Origin: Prasinococcaceae sp. CCMP 1430
Lineage: Eukaryota > Plantae > Prasinodermophyta
Reading direction: 5' to 3'
DNA length: 41,323 bases
NCBI GenBank assembly: GCA_013416795.1
Contig: RQSC01000630.1
Span: 356,994-398,316, forward strand
The translations under genes and the position numbers were made by a program. Positions 30,152 through 41,323 of this stretch are shown here, in pieces; position 1 is the stretch's first letter, and the number at the start of each line of letters is the position of its first letter. A model generated the notes under the pieces. It was not told the origin of the DNA. It made no database searches and saw only the letters and a program-made list of their open reading frames with translations.

Positions 30152-30291
30152 AGCGCCGTGAGCGATTTCCATTGGGTCCGATGCGCGCGCCGCTTTGTGC
30201 GCGCGTGCAACGTAGAGCTGGCGGACGGGAGCTTTACCGAACAAAAGTGCGGCGGGCGACGGCTGGATTTGCGCGCACGCACAGGGTCCAA

Positions 30292-31000
30292 TCAGTCGTC
30301 ATCGTTTGCCGCCTGCATGGCCGCCTGCACCTGCGCGCACAGCGCTGCCGCGAAGCCGTCGTCGTCACCCACGGCGGACACCTTAGCATCGCCGCTCGAG
30401 CTCACGGTGACCAGCAGAAAGTACTTGCCGCTGCCGTCGAGAGCCTCCCCGGCCGCTTCGACCACACCCGCGTGCTCGTCAACGCGCACCTCGCGAACGT
30501 TCGCGCACGTGCGCAAAATGTCGCGCACGGAGATCGCGTTGGCGAGGTCAGGGTCCAAGAGCACCTTCTTGGCGGACTCAGCGCCGCCCTCAAGCATGGC
30601 GTCGCGCGCCCCTGCGAAGACATCCTCACCGACGTTCTGTGGGCGCAGCAGCGCGCCAGCCACCGGCCGGAGCGACGCACGGGCGGTGTGTTTGGCGCCC
30701 CCGGCAACTCCGCTCACCGTAATGGTAGCGGGCAGCGCGTCCAGGGCGAAGGCGAACTCCACGTCCGCGATGGCCATGGCAGGGCGGTTTGGCGTCACCT
30801 TCTTGACCTGGACCTCGCTATCCCCGATGGCAACCACGACTGGACCAAGCGTTGATGCAGTGGTGTTGATCATGAATAGCAGCACACGCACGTGGCGTCC
30901 ACCACGTTGCGACGGCTCCCAGCTAAAAGCGTAATCAACGGCGAGGCCCCGCCCATCGGTGTGGTGGAGAAGCGGCCGCCGCGACGACGAATTCGGCACT

Positions 31001-31042
<42 letters not shown>

Positions 31043-33717
31043 CCGTCCTCATCCGCTACGTTGAGGTCCGCCATGATCTCGCTGACACCCGCGGAGTCAG
31101 CAACCCCTGCGTTCGCATCTCCGTTTGCGCCATCGACGCTGGAGCCATCATCACTCCCCTCGTCTGTGTAGTCGTCAGAGCTGTCCGTGTAGCTGCTGCT
31201 GCCGGTGTATGAGTAGTCGCTGTCTGTGTAGCTGTACTCGCTGCCGCTCTCAGTCTCCCCATTGGCGTCGATGCTAGCCGCCGCGGCCGCCGCGGTCTGC
31301 ACAACAGGCGGGTCACGCAGCGATGGGTCGGAGCCAACCTCAGCCCAGTCAGGCAGCGGCTCGTAGCCTGGCGCGCGATGGCACATGAGGTGGCTCAGCG
31401 AGCCCATCGTCCACGCACTGCGGTCGGGTGCGGGTGCGGCGAGCACCGGCGGTTTCTTCCGCACCAGCAGCATCGCCTCAGCAGCCGCCGTGCCCTCCTC
31501 CGGCTCGAGCGGGTCCTCGCTATCTGCGGGGGCGCCCACTTTCAACCCGTCCAGCTTGCCATCAAGGGTCAGCCCGCGCAGCATGCGGGCCTTGTCGCGG
31601 ATGTCAACGTCCGTGTCCCAACGCGCTAGGTTGAGCACATACTCGAGGAGCAGCTTGACCTCGGGGCGATCCACGTTGATCCCAGCAGAGCGTTGCAGTA
31701 GGGAGAGCTTGGCAGCAAGCCCAAGCACCGCCGAGCGCACTCCGGAACTCTCAGGGGGATCAGCCCTCGCATAGGACTTGGCCGCCAGCCGAAGCATCTC
31801 CAGCGTCGCCAGGGCCACGTCGTCCCCGAGCGTGGAGAATTCGCCCCCCATCCAAAGGACTGTCGCCCGCGCGCCGCTCGAGGTCATGTGCGGGTAGGCA
31901 CGCAGCAGCGCCTCAGCGTCGCCTGCACGCTGTTGCGGATCGCGCGCGACCAGCGCGACAGCATTGAGCGCCGCCTCACGGGCCACATCGTCCGGGGCAT
32001 GCACACACATGCGCACCAGCGCCGAGGCGCAGTCGGCCGCCACGGCCGGGATGCGGTCGGCGATCACGCCCAGGGCGCGCACGACTGCGGTCACGAAGAC
32101 GCGGTCGGGGTCACGGGTGTACGCTTCCAGCTCCCCAAGGAGCCCCTTGATGTTTGATTCATCAGCGAGGTGCGTGAGCACGTCGAGTTTCAGTGCGCGC
32201 ACGAACGCCGCGTCGGAGCTCTTGATCAGAAAGCGCTTGATGTGCCCACGGAAGACGCCAGGGCGCTGCGAGGCCAACGTGGCGATGTTTGCCAGCGCGA
32301 CGTACTGCGACTCGCGCGATGAATGCATGGCCGCCATCAGCGGACGAATGGCCTCGCGCGTCTCCCGCGCGGGGGCTGTGTTGACGAAAAGCGCCGCCAG
32401 CGCGACTGCCACGCCCGTGCTGGTACTGTGCACGAGGGCAGCTGCGCAACGCAGCAGCAGCCGGTGGTCCGGGTCGATTGTTTGGAGAGTCTTTTGGCCA
32501 TTTTGCGAAGACACCATTTGCTCGTCGTCCTGGCCGTCGCGGCCAGCCCCGTGCTGCTGCACCACAGCTGCGTCACCTGCCGATGCACGCGGCGAGTCCG
32601 CCTCGTCGGACCGATGCTTGTCGGCGCCATCCTCATCCGAAGATTCGCCCTCGTCGGAGTAAAAATTCTGCGCCGCGACCTCCGCCGCGCGTGTGAACGA
32701 CCCGGAGTCGTCAGCGTCGCCGCCGCCCGTCACGTTGCTCGCGTCTCCGCCCAGCCCGCTACCAAATGCGGTGCCGTGGCTGTACCCCTGCCAGTCATCC
32801 AGCTCGTCGTCGGCGCTGAAGTCGGCAAAGCCGGGCGGAGCCACGAAGTAGATGCGGCAGTATCGTGTGAGCAGGGTGAGCGCGCTCGTTTGCGCCCATT
32901 CGTCCAGGTCGGCGAGCACGCGACAGAGCTTGCGGAAGTGTGGGTGCAGCAAGTCAAGGCGGTCAGGGCAGACCTCCACGAAGATCCCCAGCACGGAGCC
33001 TAGCACGCCCGGCTCACCGTCGTTGAGCGCGACGCTTATTATCTCGACGGCAAGGCTGCGCTGTTCGGGGTCGAGCGCGCATATCCTCGGAAGCGCGTGC
33101 ACCGCCGCCCGGCGCACGTGCGGGCACGGATCGACGGCGCAGCGCTTCACTGCCAGCGACTGCAGGTGGGCGACGATCGGCAGGCGGATTGACGTCATCG
33201 CGCGCAGCGCGAGCGCTCGCAGCAGCGGGTTGGTGGCGCCGAGCTCCTTCTGGAAGGCATTGATCGAGAGGAGCGCCTCGTCGGGCCGCGTGTGCGCGTA
33301 CCTTGCAAGGTACAAGTACACGAGCTTCTTGCACGCAAAAGAGCCGTCCACGACGAGCTTGACGACGTCGGGGAAGTACGCCGACGCGTCGCGCCCCACT
33401 GAGTACAGGGCGGTCACGCGCTTGAGGCCCTCGAGGCGCTCAGCAGCGTGGCGGGACGCCAATAGTGCCTTCGTTTCCTTCTCATCCCCCGCGCCGCTGA
33501 GCCCCTGCGCGCCTGCGCCGCCACGGATCTCAGCGAAGCCGCCGCTCGGCCCACCGTCGAAGCCAGCCCCGCCACCGCCCTCCTCAAGCGCCTCCTCGGC
33601 GTCCTCCAGGTACCTCTCGTCTGAGAAGACCGAGCCTGTCGCCGAGCGCACCTGCTGCAGCTTGTTCTTGAGCTTGCCCATGACCTCGCGCGAGTGCTGC
33701 TCTGCGCGCGCCCTCAT
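30292..33717 (-). CDS. AP3B: AP-3 adaptor complex beta subunit, about 1130-1140 aa, single exon
   Basis: Start at ATG 33717 or 33681. Adaptin-N: FPDVVKLVV...KKLVYLYLARYAH...LLSINAFQKEL...NPLLRALALRAMTSIR. AP3B-typical DPDHRLLLR; YDTDVDIRDKAR-type helix (WDTDVDIRDKARML); acidic Ser/Asp/Tyr hinge and an EPEPEP repeat (GGGCTC)n at about 31002-31043; ear domain. Confidence 0.94.
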
Positions 33718-34130
33718 GGCTGCGCGCGAGCTCGTTCGTCGGAGGCGACGATCCCGGGCGTGCGCGCGCGCGCGGCCCCACGCGAGTGCACGAGCCTCCT
33801 CGCGCAACCAGAGGGGCGCGTCGCGAGGAGGCGCAAAAGGCGCGTGGAAAGCGCCCGCGCGCGCGAACCCCGCCGCCCGGCCGCCCCGCCCGAACACGCG
33901 GCGCGCGCGCTTGCTGCGGGCGGGCGCTGCGGGCGGACGGGCGGGGGGCAGCGAGAAAGCGGGGGACGGGAGGCGACCCCCCCTCCCCTCTCCGACGCGC
34001 TCGTGCGCGCGCCGCGCACCGTGTAACACCCTGCCCTCAGCCGAGCGCCTGCACACACGCCGCCCCAGCGAACGGCGCGCCCCGCGGCAGCGCCACGCGC
34101 GGCTTTTCGACCCGACCCGACCCTGCATCA

Positions 34131-34151
34131 AACCCCAAACGTAACCCTAAC
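34131..34151. promoter_or_regulatory. Telo-box-like motifs (AACCCCAAAC...AACCCTAAC) in the AP3B/orphan divergent promoter
   Basis: AACCCTAAC at 34143-34151 in a locally AT-rich intergenic segment. Confidence 0.4.
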
Positions 34152-34420
34152 ATCACATGGTACAGTAAATGCGCAGGCCAACGGATCGCGTGCGCCGTTG
34201 TAGCGCATGCGTAACCACGGGAGACTATGAATCTATATTTCAAAAATGCATTGGCGAAGCTGCGCAGGTAGTGCTGCTGGGGGCGCTGGCGACACCTCAG
34301 GCACGCGCGTGTCACACTGCGTGCACGCGGTGGGGCGGGCGGGGCGGGTGGGGCGTGTCGTTCAACCAGGCGATCGGCGCGACGACGCCCGCATAGCCTG
34401 TCGGCAAAGTCATTGTCCCT

Positions 34421-35674
34421 GTGGCCGCTGTGGCCAGGCACGCGCTCGCGGCCGCGCTGGTTCTCGCGGCGCGCGCAGGTGCGCAGCCGTTCGACGGGGC
34501 GACGTCGGACACGAATCACACGATGCCTGCCACACACGCCGCGGAGGGGCTCAGCTCCGCGGAGGGGCTCAGCTCGCAGGGCCCGCCCCCAACATTCGCG
34601 GCGGCGGCGCAGCGCGAGGAACAGCGCGGCGATGCGCGGCCGTCGCCCGCGCAGGCGCTTCACCACGGCATTGCGCAGCCGGGTCTGCAGACGGCGACGC
34701 GCGATCGCCACACGGGCGTGTGGCTGGGAAGCTTTGCTGCGCGCCATGGCGCGGATCGTGCCACGCAGCGCGGCCTCGAGGCGAGCGGTTTCACCAGCGC
34801 GGCGCTCGAGAGCCTTCGAGTCGCGCACTGCGGCTCAGAGGGTGGAAGCGTAGTGCGCTCGACACGCTCATACAACGGCGACGAACGCGAGGGGCTGTAC
34901 GAATGCGAAGATTTCTTGGCGTCGAGGCTGCGGTTCTGGACGCAGCTGCGCGCGCGCGCCGAGGCCGGCTGCGGCGCCGGCCAGCTTGGCGCGCACAGCG
35001 ACGCACTCGATGCGCACTCGCTCGCCACCGTGCCCGTGGAAGAAGCGCTCGCTGCGCTCGCCGTCATTTGCACAGACCTGGGGGCCGCCGTGGACATCTT
35101 CGAGGCCTGTGCAGCTCAGGCCGAGCTGGTGGCAGAGGAGGTGCGCGCGTTGCGGCCCGACGTCAAGGCGGTGCTCGCGTCCAACGGTGCAAGTGCCGCT
35201 GTGCGTTGCCTCGAGTCAGGGCGATGCGCGCCACTCGCTGAGGCGTTCGGGCGCGATGCTGCCGCACAGCAGCGCTGGGCTCGAACGCGTACGGAAGTGG
35301 GGGCGAGGTCCGCGGACACAGCCGGAGCTGCACTGCTCACCCCTCCGCCACTTCTCGACGAGCAAGATCGCGCGGGCCTGCACGCCAGCGCATGGGCAGA
35401 CGAGGCCGCGCTGCAGCGCACTCTGTCTCGCGCTGATACGCTGCCGAGGGACACGCTCGCGGGGCTGTCAGTCGCCGCAGGCAGAGGCGAAATACAGTGC
35501 CTGCGCCGCGGCTGTGATCGCTGCGCCGCGCCTCGTCACGAGGGCCTGCTGTGTAACGGGGGCCGCGAGGTAATCCCTGCGGGAGACGTCGTGCCAGCGG
35601 ACCCGCTCGTCGACCGAGCAGGAAGACCTAGCTGGCAGGTCGTTCAAGACGGGCCGCTCCTGGAAGGCGTGTGA
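34421..35674 (+). CDS. Hypothetical, probably secreted Cys-containing protein of about 417 aa; start unresolved
   Basis: Long ORF. Signal-peptide-like VAAVARHALAAALVLAARAGA|QP. There is an in-frame stop at 34394-34396 and no ATG before the hydrophobic segment. No family recognised. Confidence 0.55.
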   Translation: MAAVARHALAAALVLAARAGAQPFDGATSDTNHTMPATHAAEGLSSAEGLSSQGPPPTFAAAAQREEQRGDARPSPAQALHHGIAQPGLQTATRDRHTGVWLGSFAARHGADRATQRGLEASGFTSAALESLRVAHCGSEGGSVVRSTRSYNGDEREGLYECEDFLASRLRFWTQLRARAEAGCGAGQLGAHSDALDAHSLATVPVEEALAALAVICTDLGAAVDIFEACAAQAELVAEEVRALRPDVKAVLASNGASAAVRCLESGRCAPLAEAFGRDAAAQQRWARTRTEVGARSADTAGAALLTPPPLLDEQDRAGLHASAWADEAALQRTLSRADTLPRDTLAGLSVAAGRGEIQCLRRGCDRCAAPRHEGLLCNGGREVIPAGDVVPADPLVDRAGRPSWQVVQDGPLLEGV

Positions 35675-35831
35675 GCCTGCGCGCTGGATTGTCGTTGTAT
35701 ATGTGTACAGTTTTCGCAGCGCGTCATGCACGTGCGCCGCCTCGCGTACATGCGGTGATCGCAACTAGCGCTGTTATAGGCGTGGCCGCCCTCCCGTCCA
35801 CGCGTGCGCGCGTGTACGCAGCCACCCTATC

Positions 35832-37248
35832 TTATGCAGCCGCCAAGAGGTCGTCAAAGTGTTTGAGCATCGCTGGCGCTACCTTCTTGCGCGTTGCCTT
35901 GAGGTTTCTCTGATCGTACACGCGGCAACCAGGCGGCCAGCCCGCGCCTTCGGAGACGTCCGCAAGGTCCAGCTCGGGCGATGCCTCGAGCGCTTCAAGC
36001 AGCCCCACCGCCCGCGCGTCCGCCGTGCCACCGTCACGAGCCCAGCCGAGAGCGAGCTGCCGGCGGAAGGTGCTGGTGCCTGCTGCGCCCTCATAGAACG
36101 CCGCCATCACCAGCAAGATGTCAAGTTCGCGCTCGACGGCAAAGGCCTTCATCGCATCGCCTAGGCCACCCTGCGCGCGAGTGGGCAGGCGGGTAGGCGA
36201 CATCCGCGATGCGCCGAATCGTTTGCGCGCGCGGCGTCAGATCGGTGCGTGCGCACGGAGGTGTGCGAGTGTGCTCAAATACGCGCGTGCCCGCCCACAC
36301 CTTCTGAGCTGCGTCTTGCAGCGACACGCCGAACCCCGCGATACCCACGCGCACGCCTCCAGGGGCGTCCCATTGCTTGTAGTCCTTGCGCAGCAGCTCG
36401 GCGACGCCCAGCGCGCTCTGGTCGTACTTGGCCTCGGTGAGCGCACCGAAAAGCGCCGCGCAGAAGGCAGCCTCCTCCTCTTTCTCCCCGACGTCCTCAC
36501 TCCCGTCCGCGCCTTCACCGAAGAAAGGCGCACACAGAAGCGTCGCTGCCTGCGCATCGCGCTCAGTGGCGCGCCCCACCGAAGCATCGAGATTGGCTGT
36601 GTCGACGAGCACAGCGGACAGCAGCAGAAGGCGCAGAGCGCCATTGAGGCCTGCAAGGTGGTCGACGCCGCCACTGTCCGCAGCAGCGAGCAGCAACTCC
36701 GCAACGAGGGTGGCACAACTGCCCACGGGCGCCACCACGCGTGGCGAGGCGGCGGTGAAGCGCCCGGCGTCGTCGTGGTGGTCCACCACCGCATACACGG
36801 CGGCCGCGAGGCCCTCCTGGTGCGCAGCGGGTGAGTTGTGGTCGAGAAGCGCCACCGACACCGACGATTCGGCGCGCGCGTCGGTGGCGAGCGCGACGAC
36901 GTCCACGTCGTCGGCAAAGGTCAGCGTGGCGACGTCCACGCCAATGCTCTCGAGCAGCCATGCAGCCTCGCCTCGCAGCGGCAGGTCCGCGCGGCCGATG
37001 TTGAGCACTGGGGCGCACTCATTGTCGCCGCCCACCTCGAGCGCATAGGTGAGGGCGCACGCGATGCCGTCGAGGTCGCACGCCTCGTTGCACAGCGCCA
37101 GCTGGAGCGCGCCGCCACCCTCGCCGCTGCTGTCGCCGCCAGCCCCGAGCAGCCTCTCCTGCGCGGCCGCGAGCCGCGCGTTGAGCGCTGGCGCATCGCG
37201 CCGCGCGGCGGCAACGAGCGCGCCTGCGGGCAACGCGTACGACGCCAT
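35832..37248 (-). CDS. PPX1: Exopolyphosphatase PPX1 / PRUNE-like DHH-DHHA2 phosphoesterase, about 428 aa, 2 exons
   Basis: Exons 37248-36301 and 36170-35832; intron 36300-36171 (GTGTGG...CAG, phase 0). Motifs CNEACDLDG, LLDHN, VVDHH, VGSCATLV, LLSAVLVDTANL, LLRKDYKQW, and C-terminal YDQRNLKATRKKVAP. Confidence 0.9.
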
Positions 37249-37634
37249 CGCGTGCACGCGCGCGCGCCTCCGACGTGCGACCCGAGCCGAGCTCGCCGCT
37301 GGGTAGGTCGCGAAGGACAACCGCGCGCGCAGCGGCGGCGGTGTGGCAGCGCCAATCGTGCACAGGTGTCCGTGTGATTTTGTGCGAACCATGTTGGGGC
37401 GCCGTGCTCGCCGATGGCACAATTGGTGGTGTGCGCGGCGGCGCCGGGCAGCCGCAGAGTGGGGCGCAAGTAATCGGCGGCTGCCCTTTGCCCCTTGTCC
37501 GCACTGCCAGGCGGCGCGGGAGTGGGGCTGCCGGGCACCGCGCTGCGCGCTCTCTCGCGCGCCTTGCGCGGCAGCGCGTACAGCAGTGCGGGAGGGGCAG
37601 GCGAAGAGGCACGCACGGAACCGCGCAGGGTGCC

Positions 37635-38243
37635 ATGCCAAACATGGTGGGCTCCATTGGTGCGGCCGCCTGGAAGGACGCGCGCGATCGAGACGCATCG
37701 ATGGCATCGGCAGGTGAGGCCGACGCCGCGCTCGGCACTCGGCCGCTCGGAGAGGTACTTTGCGACGCTTCAGATGACAGCGGCGTCGACTTCGCCGTGC
37801 TCGGCGCAGCGGGGGACATTAATACTGTCAAGGCGTCGCGTCTGTTGCAGGAGAGCGGCTTCAGGGCGCAGGTCGTGCTCGCCGGTCGTGGCGCTGGCGG
37901 CAAGAGTGGCAACTGCGCGTTGCGCGAGGAGCTGCGCGCGCTCACAGGGCTCCGCCAGGTGCCGGTCGTCTTCGACGTGCGTGCGGGCAGGCAGGTGAGC
38001 GCGAGCGCGCACATGTGCACACATGTGAGCGAGCGTGCGCACCGCGTGCCACGGTGCCAGAGGGCTGACACTCGCGCCCGCCGCCGTGTATCGGCCCGCC
38101 GAGCGTGGCAGGACCCCGTCGGCGGGCTCGCGGCGCTCGTGAAGCACCTCGAGGAGGCCAACGCAGCTGTCGAGATGGGTGGGATGGCGGGCGCGGCCGC
38201 ACGCATGGCGTCCGGGCCCTCCATCGGCGGCGTCCGGCTCTAG
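37635..38243 (+). CDS. Glutaredoxin-fold protein lacking the active-site cysteines, about 163 aa, 2 exons
   Basis: Exons 37635-37994 and 38112-38243; intron 37995-38111 (GTGAGC...CAG, CTGAC at 38065). Grx pattern FAVLGAAG-DINT-VKASRLL ... EELRALTGLRQVPVVF ... PVGG. An upstream exon is possible (CCGCGCAG just before 37629). Confidence 0.62.
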   Translation: MPNMVGSIGAAAWKDARDRDASMASAGEADAALGTRPLGEVLCDASDDSGVDFAVLGAAGDINTVKASRLLQESGFRAQVVLAGRGAGGKSGNCALREELRALTGLRQVPVVFDVRAGRQVSASAHMCTHVSERAHRVPRCQRADTRARRRVSARRAWQDPVGGLAALVKHLEEANAAVEMGGMAGAAARMASGPSIGGVRL

Positions 38244-38443
38244 AGGACGACGGCTAGTATGAGCGTCGGTGCGCGCCTCGCGATTCACTCGGAGCGGTGG
38301 GCGCGACGGCCCAGATTGGCATTCTAGTTAGTAACGCACGCAGGCCACCGCACGACCGCGAGCGGCGAGAAGGGGCACCCGTGTGTCAAATGCGAGTGTG
38401 GGGATTGTTACGAATATGACACCTACGCTTGCGGCAGCTCGCT

Positions 38444-41323
38444 TTACACGCCGCCGTCCTTGACGGCCGTGTAAACGGTGCGCTGGGGCGCTCTGTACTT
38501 CCGCACCATAAATATGATCAGCCCAATGATGACCACGCTCAGCGCGGCGATGGCAATGAGCGCCACCCAGCCGGTCAGAGTGATGAACGAGCTGTCCTTG
38601 GCGCCCCCCCCGCGCAGCTCTTTGCGCTCCATGGCGATGACTTCTTTAGCCAGCGCCTTGGCGTTGATCGCGCCATCCTTGATCAGCTCGGCCGTGGGCA
38701 CCGCAGACGAAATGGAAAGCAATGTTGTGCATCCGTCCGAGAGTTCCTTCTCCTCGGCCTTGCGCTTGGAGAGACACTTGAGGTTGGCGCCAAGCGCGGC
38801 GAAGCCCGCGCGGCCCGAGGAAGCGCGTGGGGTGCTGGCCTGGCAGTACTCCTCCGCGTCGGCGTCGCACTCCATGGTGAGCGGCGCTCCTTTGTGGTAC
38901 ATCACCATTGCCATCTTGGTTGCACGGCTGACCTCGTGCTGGCAGCCTTCGGAGATCTCCGAGAAGGACGAGATGAGGCACTTGATGACCTTTGAGCGAC
39001 CCTCCGAAGGCACGTCCGCGCACTTGGCGGCGATGTCGTCGCTGCACTGCTTGGCAATGCCGTAGTCGAGCTTGTAGTTGCGCGCGGCGCGCTTCGACAC
39101 GATGTCCACCTCCTTGAGGCAAGCGCCACCGAAGTCGGGCTCCTTGGCGTGGTCCTCGAGGCACTTCAGCACACGCTGGCCGCCAGGCGGCACGTCGTTG
39201 CAGTAGGCCTTCATCTCGTCGACGCAGGCGACCCGAAGCTGAGGCATGAGGCGCACGTCCTGCGACTGCACGATGGAGAGCGTGAGCTCCTCCTTCTTGC
39301 ACTCATCGCTGAGGTCCTGGGCGTGGTCGCGCAAGCACCGGTGGATGCGCCCGCCGCCGGCCTGCTTGTCAGAGCAGAACTTAACCACGTCGGCCGCGCA
39401 CGCCTCCTTGAGGATAGCGTCGCGGCGCCAATCGTCGCTCTCGCCCTTCTCGATCTCGAAGATCGACTTCTTGCATGCCTCGTTGGTGACCTCTGCCTGC
39501 TTGGTCTGCAGGCAGCGCAGCACGGCGCCGCCGCACGCCTGCCCCATGAACGGCGAGCACGCGTCGAAGCATAGCGCGTCGATGTCGGCGTCGCATGCCT
39601 TGTTGAGGCGGTAGTTCAGACGGTAGTCCTGCGCCGCGCGCACCTCGTCGCGCTTGACCTCCTTCGAGCACTCCTCGCTCATCTCCTCGTCCTTGTCGTG
39701 ATCGCGCAGGCACTGGATCTGGCGCGCGTGGCCCTCCGGGATATCCGCGCACCACTTCTTCACCTCGGCAGCACAGGCCTTCTTCATGGGCTGCTTGAAG
39801 TCGAGGCTCTCCGCGAAGCGCACCTCCTGGTCAAACAGGGTGGCGCGGCACTCATAGGAGAGCTTCTCGCGCTGGTCCTGGAGGCAGCGCAGGATGCGGC
39901 TCGAGCCTGCGGGGACGTCAGGGCACAGCTGCGCGCGGTCGTCGAAGCACGCGTCCCACAGCGGCTCATCCATGCGGATGTCCTGCGAGGCGCGGACGGT
40001 GAGCTTGTGCACGCGCTTCTTGCAGCCCGGGGTGACGAGCTCATCCTTGTAATCCTGCAGGCACTCGACTACGCGCCCGTCCCAACCGGCGATCGAATCC
40101 AGCGAGTCCTTCTCGTAGCCACACACCTGCTCCACGTCCGTGGCACACATCTTCTTTAGCTTGCTGTCCAGGCGGAAGTCGGTCGCACGGCGCGCCATCA
40201 TTTCCTCAAACTTGGCCTTGCACTCGGTCGAGAAGCCCGGTTTGTCGCGGTTGTCCTCGAGGCAGTCCTTCGTGCGCGCATTGCCGGGCTTGATGCCCTC
40301 GCAGAACTTCTTGGCATCGGCCGAGCATGCGTTGCGCAGCTCCACGTTGAGCCGGAAGTCGCCCGCGTCCTCGACCTCCTGACGGAACAGCTCCTCCTGA
40401 CAGTCCCAGCTCAGCGACGCCTTGCGCTTGCGCAGGCACGCCTGGATGCGACCCTCGCCCTCCTCCACGTCCGCGCACAGTGCCTCGGCGTCCGGCGAGC
40501 ACTTCTCGTTCAGCGCCGCGTCGAGCTTGAAGTCGTCCGCCGCCTGTTCCATCGTGCGGAACACCTGCGCGTCGCAGGCCTCCGTCAGATCTTTCTTGTG
40601 CGTCCGCAGGCACGCAAGCACGCTGCCCGGCTCGGGGTACCCGTTGTCCTGCGTGTTGCACATCTTGAGCGCGTCCTCCTTGCACGCGTCAAACAGCTTC
40701 GTGTCCTGTCCGGGCCGGTGAGTCGCAGGCGAGCCGCGCGGGTCAGAAGGGGCACTGCCTGGCGCGCGAGCTCCGCGTCTTCCTGCCATCGTGGGCGCTC
40801 AGGCCGCGGCCTGGGGGGGGGGGGGAGGCGGCGCAGCTCTGGCGAAAACCAGGCGGTTGCAGTTGCGGGCGCTAGGGTATGCGCGCCCGGCGCACTGCGC
40901 TCGGGCGTCGGCTGTCCGGCCAGAGCTCATGCTTGCCGCTCGCTCGGTCGCAGGTCTCCGCGCAACAGCTAGTCCTTCTCCACACTCTTGCCCCCCGCTC
41001 CACCCCCAGACCAGACCTCGCCCGCCCGCCGCAGCGGCGCTCTCTCTCCGCCCCCTCTCCCTCACCTTGACGAAGGACTTCGCGCGGTTGATTTTGAACA
41101 AGCGCAGGTCCTTCTTGCACTCCTTCGAGAGCTTGCGGCCGGCCGTCGCCGTGCCCGCCCTCTCATCCTTGTACTGATTGGTGAGGCACTCTGCGAGCGC
41201 GCCCGCGCCGGCGGTGACCTTCTTGCAGAAGCGCGCCGCGTCGTCCTCGCACGGGCCCGCCGCGTCCACGTCGTCGAACGGCGCGCTCCCCGCCACGCCG
41301 TCGCCCCCCTGCGCGTCCGCGCG
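38444..41323 (-). CDS. GLG1: Golgi apparatus protein 1 (GLG1/MG-160/ESL-1) cysteine-rich repeat type I membrane protein, 5'-truncated by the window edge
   Basis: The frame is open to base 41323. Intron 41065-40706 (GTGAGG...CAG, phase 0). About 12 repeats of the form L..AC..D...FC......G.V..CL......LS..C. TM FITLTGWVALIAIAALSVVIIGLIIFMV; short tail RKYRAPQRTVYTAVKDGGV* with YxxPhi. Confidence 0.92.

Noticed and set aside
1256-41065. Introner-like repeated introns
   Set aside because: By eye, the dozen or so introns share only donor, branch and acceptor motifs. I saw no extended mutual similarity. An all-vs-all BLASTN would be definitive.
22727-41323. Apparent enrichment of secretory-pathway genes (type II protein, GT47, CYP51, AP3B, orphan, GLG1)
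   Set aside because: The genes belong to unrelated pathways and such genes are a large share of any eukaryotic genome. No evidence for a biosynthetic cluster.
1-41323. CRISPR arrays, prokaryotic operons or defence systems, tRNA/rRNA genes, transposases, viral insertions
   Set aside because: None seen. There are no spaced direct repeats, no cloverleaf or rRNA-like segments and no transposase, integrase or capsid motifs. Gene structure is spliceosomal throughout.

Overview
This window is eukaryotic nuclear DNA, not prokaryotic. It is very GC- and CpG-rich and gene-dense: about 18 protein-coding genes in 41 kb, short GT-AG introns with a near-invariant CTGAC branch point, and TGTAA poly(A) signals. 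That combination points to a compact green-algal, prasinophyte-grade genome (inference; the species cannot be determined here). Genes in order: 3' end of a hypothetical gene; plant-type WD40 protein; LNK-like clock co-activator; membrane-anchored protein ending in a BAF-like HhH domain; PLAA/Doa1; eIF1A; fused alpha-beta organellar glycyl-tRNA synthetase; acyl-ACP thioesterase; VMA21-like; PH-RhoGAP-coiled-coil; EME1; a 927-aa low-complexity type II membrane protein; exostosin/GT47; CYP51; AP-3 beta; an orphan, probably secreted protein; PPX1/PRUNE exopolyphosphatase; a glutaredoxin-fold protein without catalytic cysteines; GLG1, which runs off the right edge. I saw no CRISPR array, RNA gene or recognisable transposon. 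Most long ORFs in the track are GC-rich shadow frames. The best leads are the TM+BAF-like fusion (4897-5811), an algal LNK homolog, a symmetric A17...T17 fold-back in a bidirectional promoter, a REN/PHGAP-like RhoGAP, the Cys-less glutaredoxin and the CYP51 5' end, which has no usable ATG. All family assignments come from motif recognition by eye; no database search was run.
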